A stretch of 63,386 nucleotides of DNA, counting the filler, from Octopus bimaculoides (lineage: Eukaryota), in the NCBI RefSeq assembly GCF_001194135.2. It is 7 parts of 7 records of this genome, joined end to end, with 100 filler letters (N's around TTAATTAATTAA, not from the genome) between each part and the next. Parts side by side here need not be neighbours in the genome. Positions count along the whole stretch, not along the records: positions 61,326 to 63,386 come from NC_069006.1; 6 more parts are not named here. The stretch is one strand, 5' to 3'. Position numbers and translations under genes: made by a program. Of this stretch, positions 62,544 to 63,386 are shown piece by piece (the stretch's first letter is position 1; every line of letters begins with the position of its first letter). Under the pieces are notes generated by a model, which was given only the letters and a program-made list of their open reading frames with translations, made no database searches and had not been told where the DNA came from.

Positions 62544-62692
62544 GATGGGTTTCTTTAAGTTTGAGCCTAGCAGAGCCTTTCGTCAGTCCGAGGTTATAGT
62601 ACAAAACACTTGCCCAATGTGCCACGTAGAGGGATTGAACCTGGAACTATGTGGTTGGGAAGCAAGCTTCTTGCCGCACAACAGCCACGCCT
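62182..62692 (-). mobile_element. Family-A SINE with an expanded internal microsatellite
   Basis: Same consensus; the internal tract at about 62392-62543 is about 150 bp. Confidence 0.85.
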
Positions 62693-63058
62693 ACGTATAT
62701 ATCTATACATGCGTATATATTTGCATATTTACGAATATATAAACGAGCTGCTCAAAGACTTATGAAGCCATAATATTAATGGCGAATATGAAAACTTATC
62801 CTTTACTAATTGACTAATATAACATAATACAGAAGAACATGTAAATATTATTATTTCCAAAATGGTTTATGATACGAGCAGAACTTGTTTCGGTTTGTCA
62901 TCTAAAATAAAATGATTTATGGCGATCTAAATTATAAAATTCCTTTAAATAATTATATTTCTTTTGGTCTGGCATATTCATACACATCTGCACAGACACA
63001 TGCAAATATGTATATGAGTATCTAGCTATATATATATATATACACATATTTGTGCGTG

Positions 63059-63092
<34 letters not shown>

Positions 63093-63232
63093 GGTGTTTC
63101 TGGTATAGTCTTTTATGCCACGGTACTCGAGTTTCATTTTCTTTCATCGGCAATATCTTCTAATTAGCCGGAGGTTTAAATCTGTTAAGTCTCGAACACG
63201 CACCCACGCACACATACGCACCTCACACATAA

Positions 63233-63263
<31 letters not shown>

Positions 63264-63335
63264 TTAAAGTCATACGCATATTTATGTATATGCGTGTGTG
63301 TCTGAGGTGTGTTTATATGATATACACATATACAC

Positions 63336-63386
<51 letters not shown>

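Overview
Repeat-dense eukaryotic (animal) genomic DNA with many N-gaps. The SINE families and very high microsatellite load suggest an octopus/cephalopod genome; this is an inference, not a database match. Most of the window is intronic or intergenic. Three host exons are well supported: two in-phase cadherin-repeat exons on the minus strand (46527-46582, running into a gap, and 39493-39723) and one LRR C-terminal-cap exon on the plus strand (48791-48957). Several weaker candidate small exons are also present. The rest is a layered set of mobile elements: a complete but frameshifted DD36E Tc1 (Incomer-type) transposon, several MITEs with intact target-site duplications (two Merlin-type, one carrying head-to-head telomeric repeats; one hAT; one pogo/Tc2-type), a Helitron helicase remnant with a triplicated 5' end, a Penelope-like element, RTE and R4/Dong LINE fragments, MULE and Gypsy-protease remnants, a probable solo LTR, and many tRNA-derived SINEs. 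No rRNA, true tRNA, CRISPR array or prokaryotic system was seen. Almost all long ORFs in the supplied track are translations of microsatellites or N-gaps. Element boundaries without a TSD are approximate.
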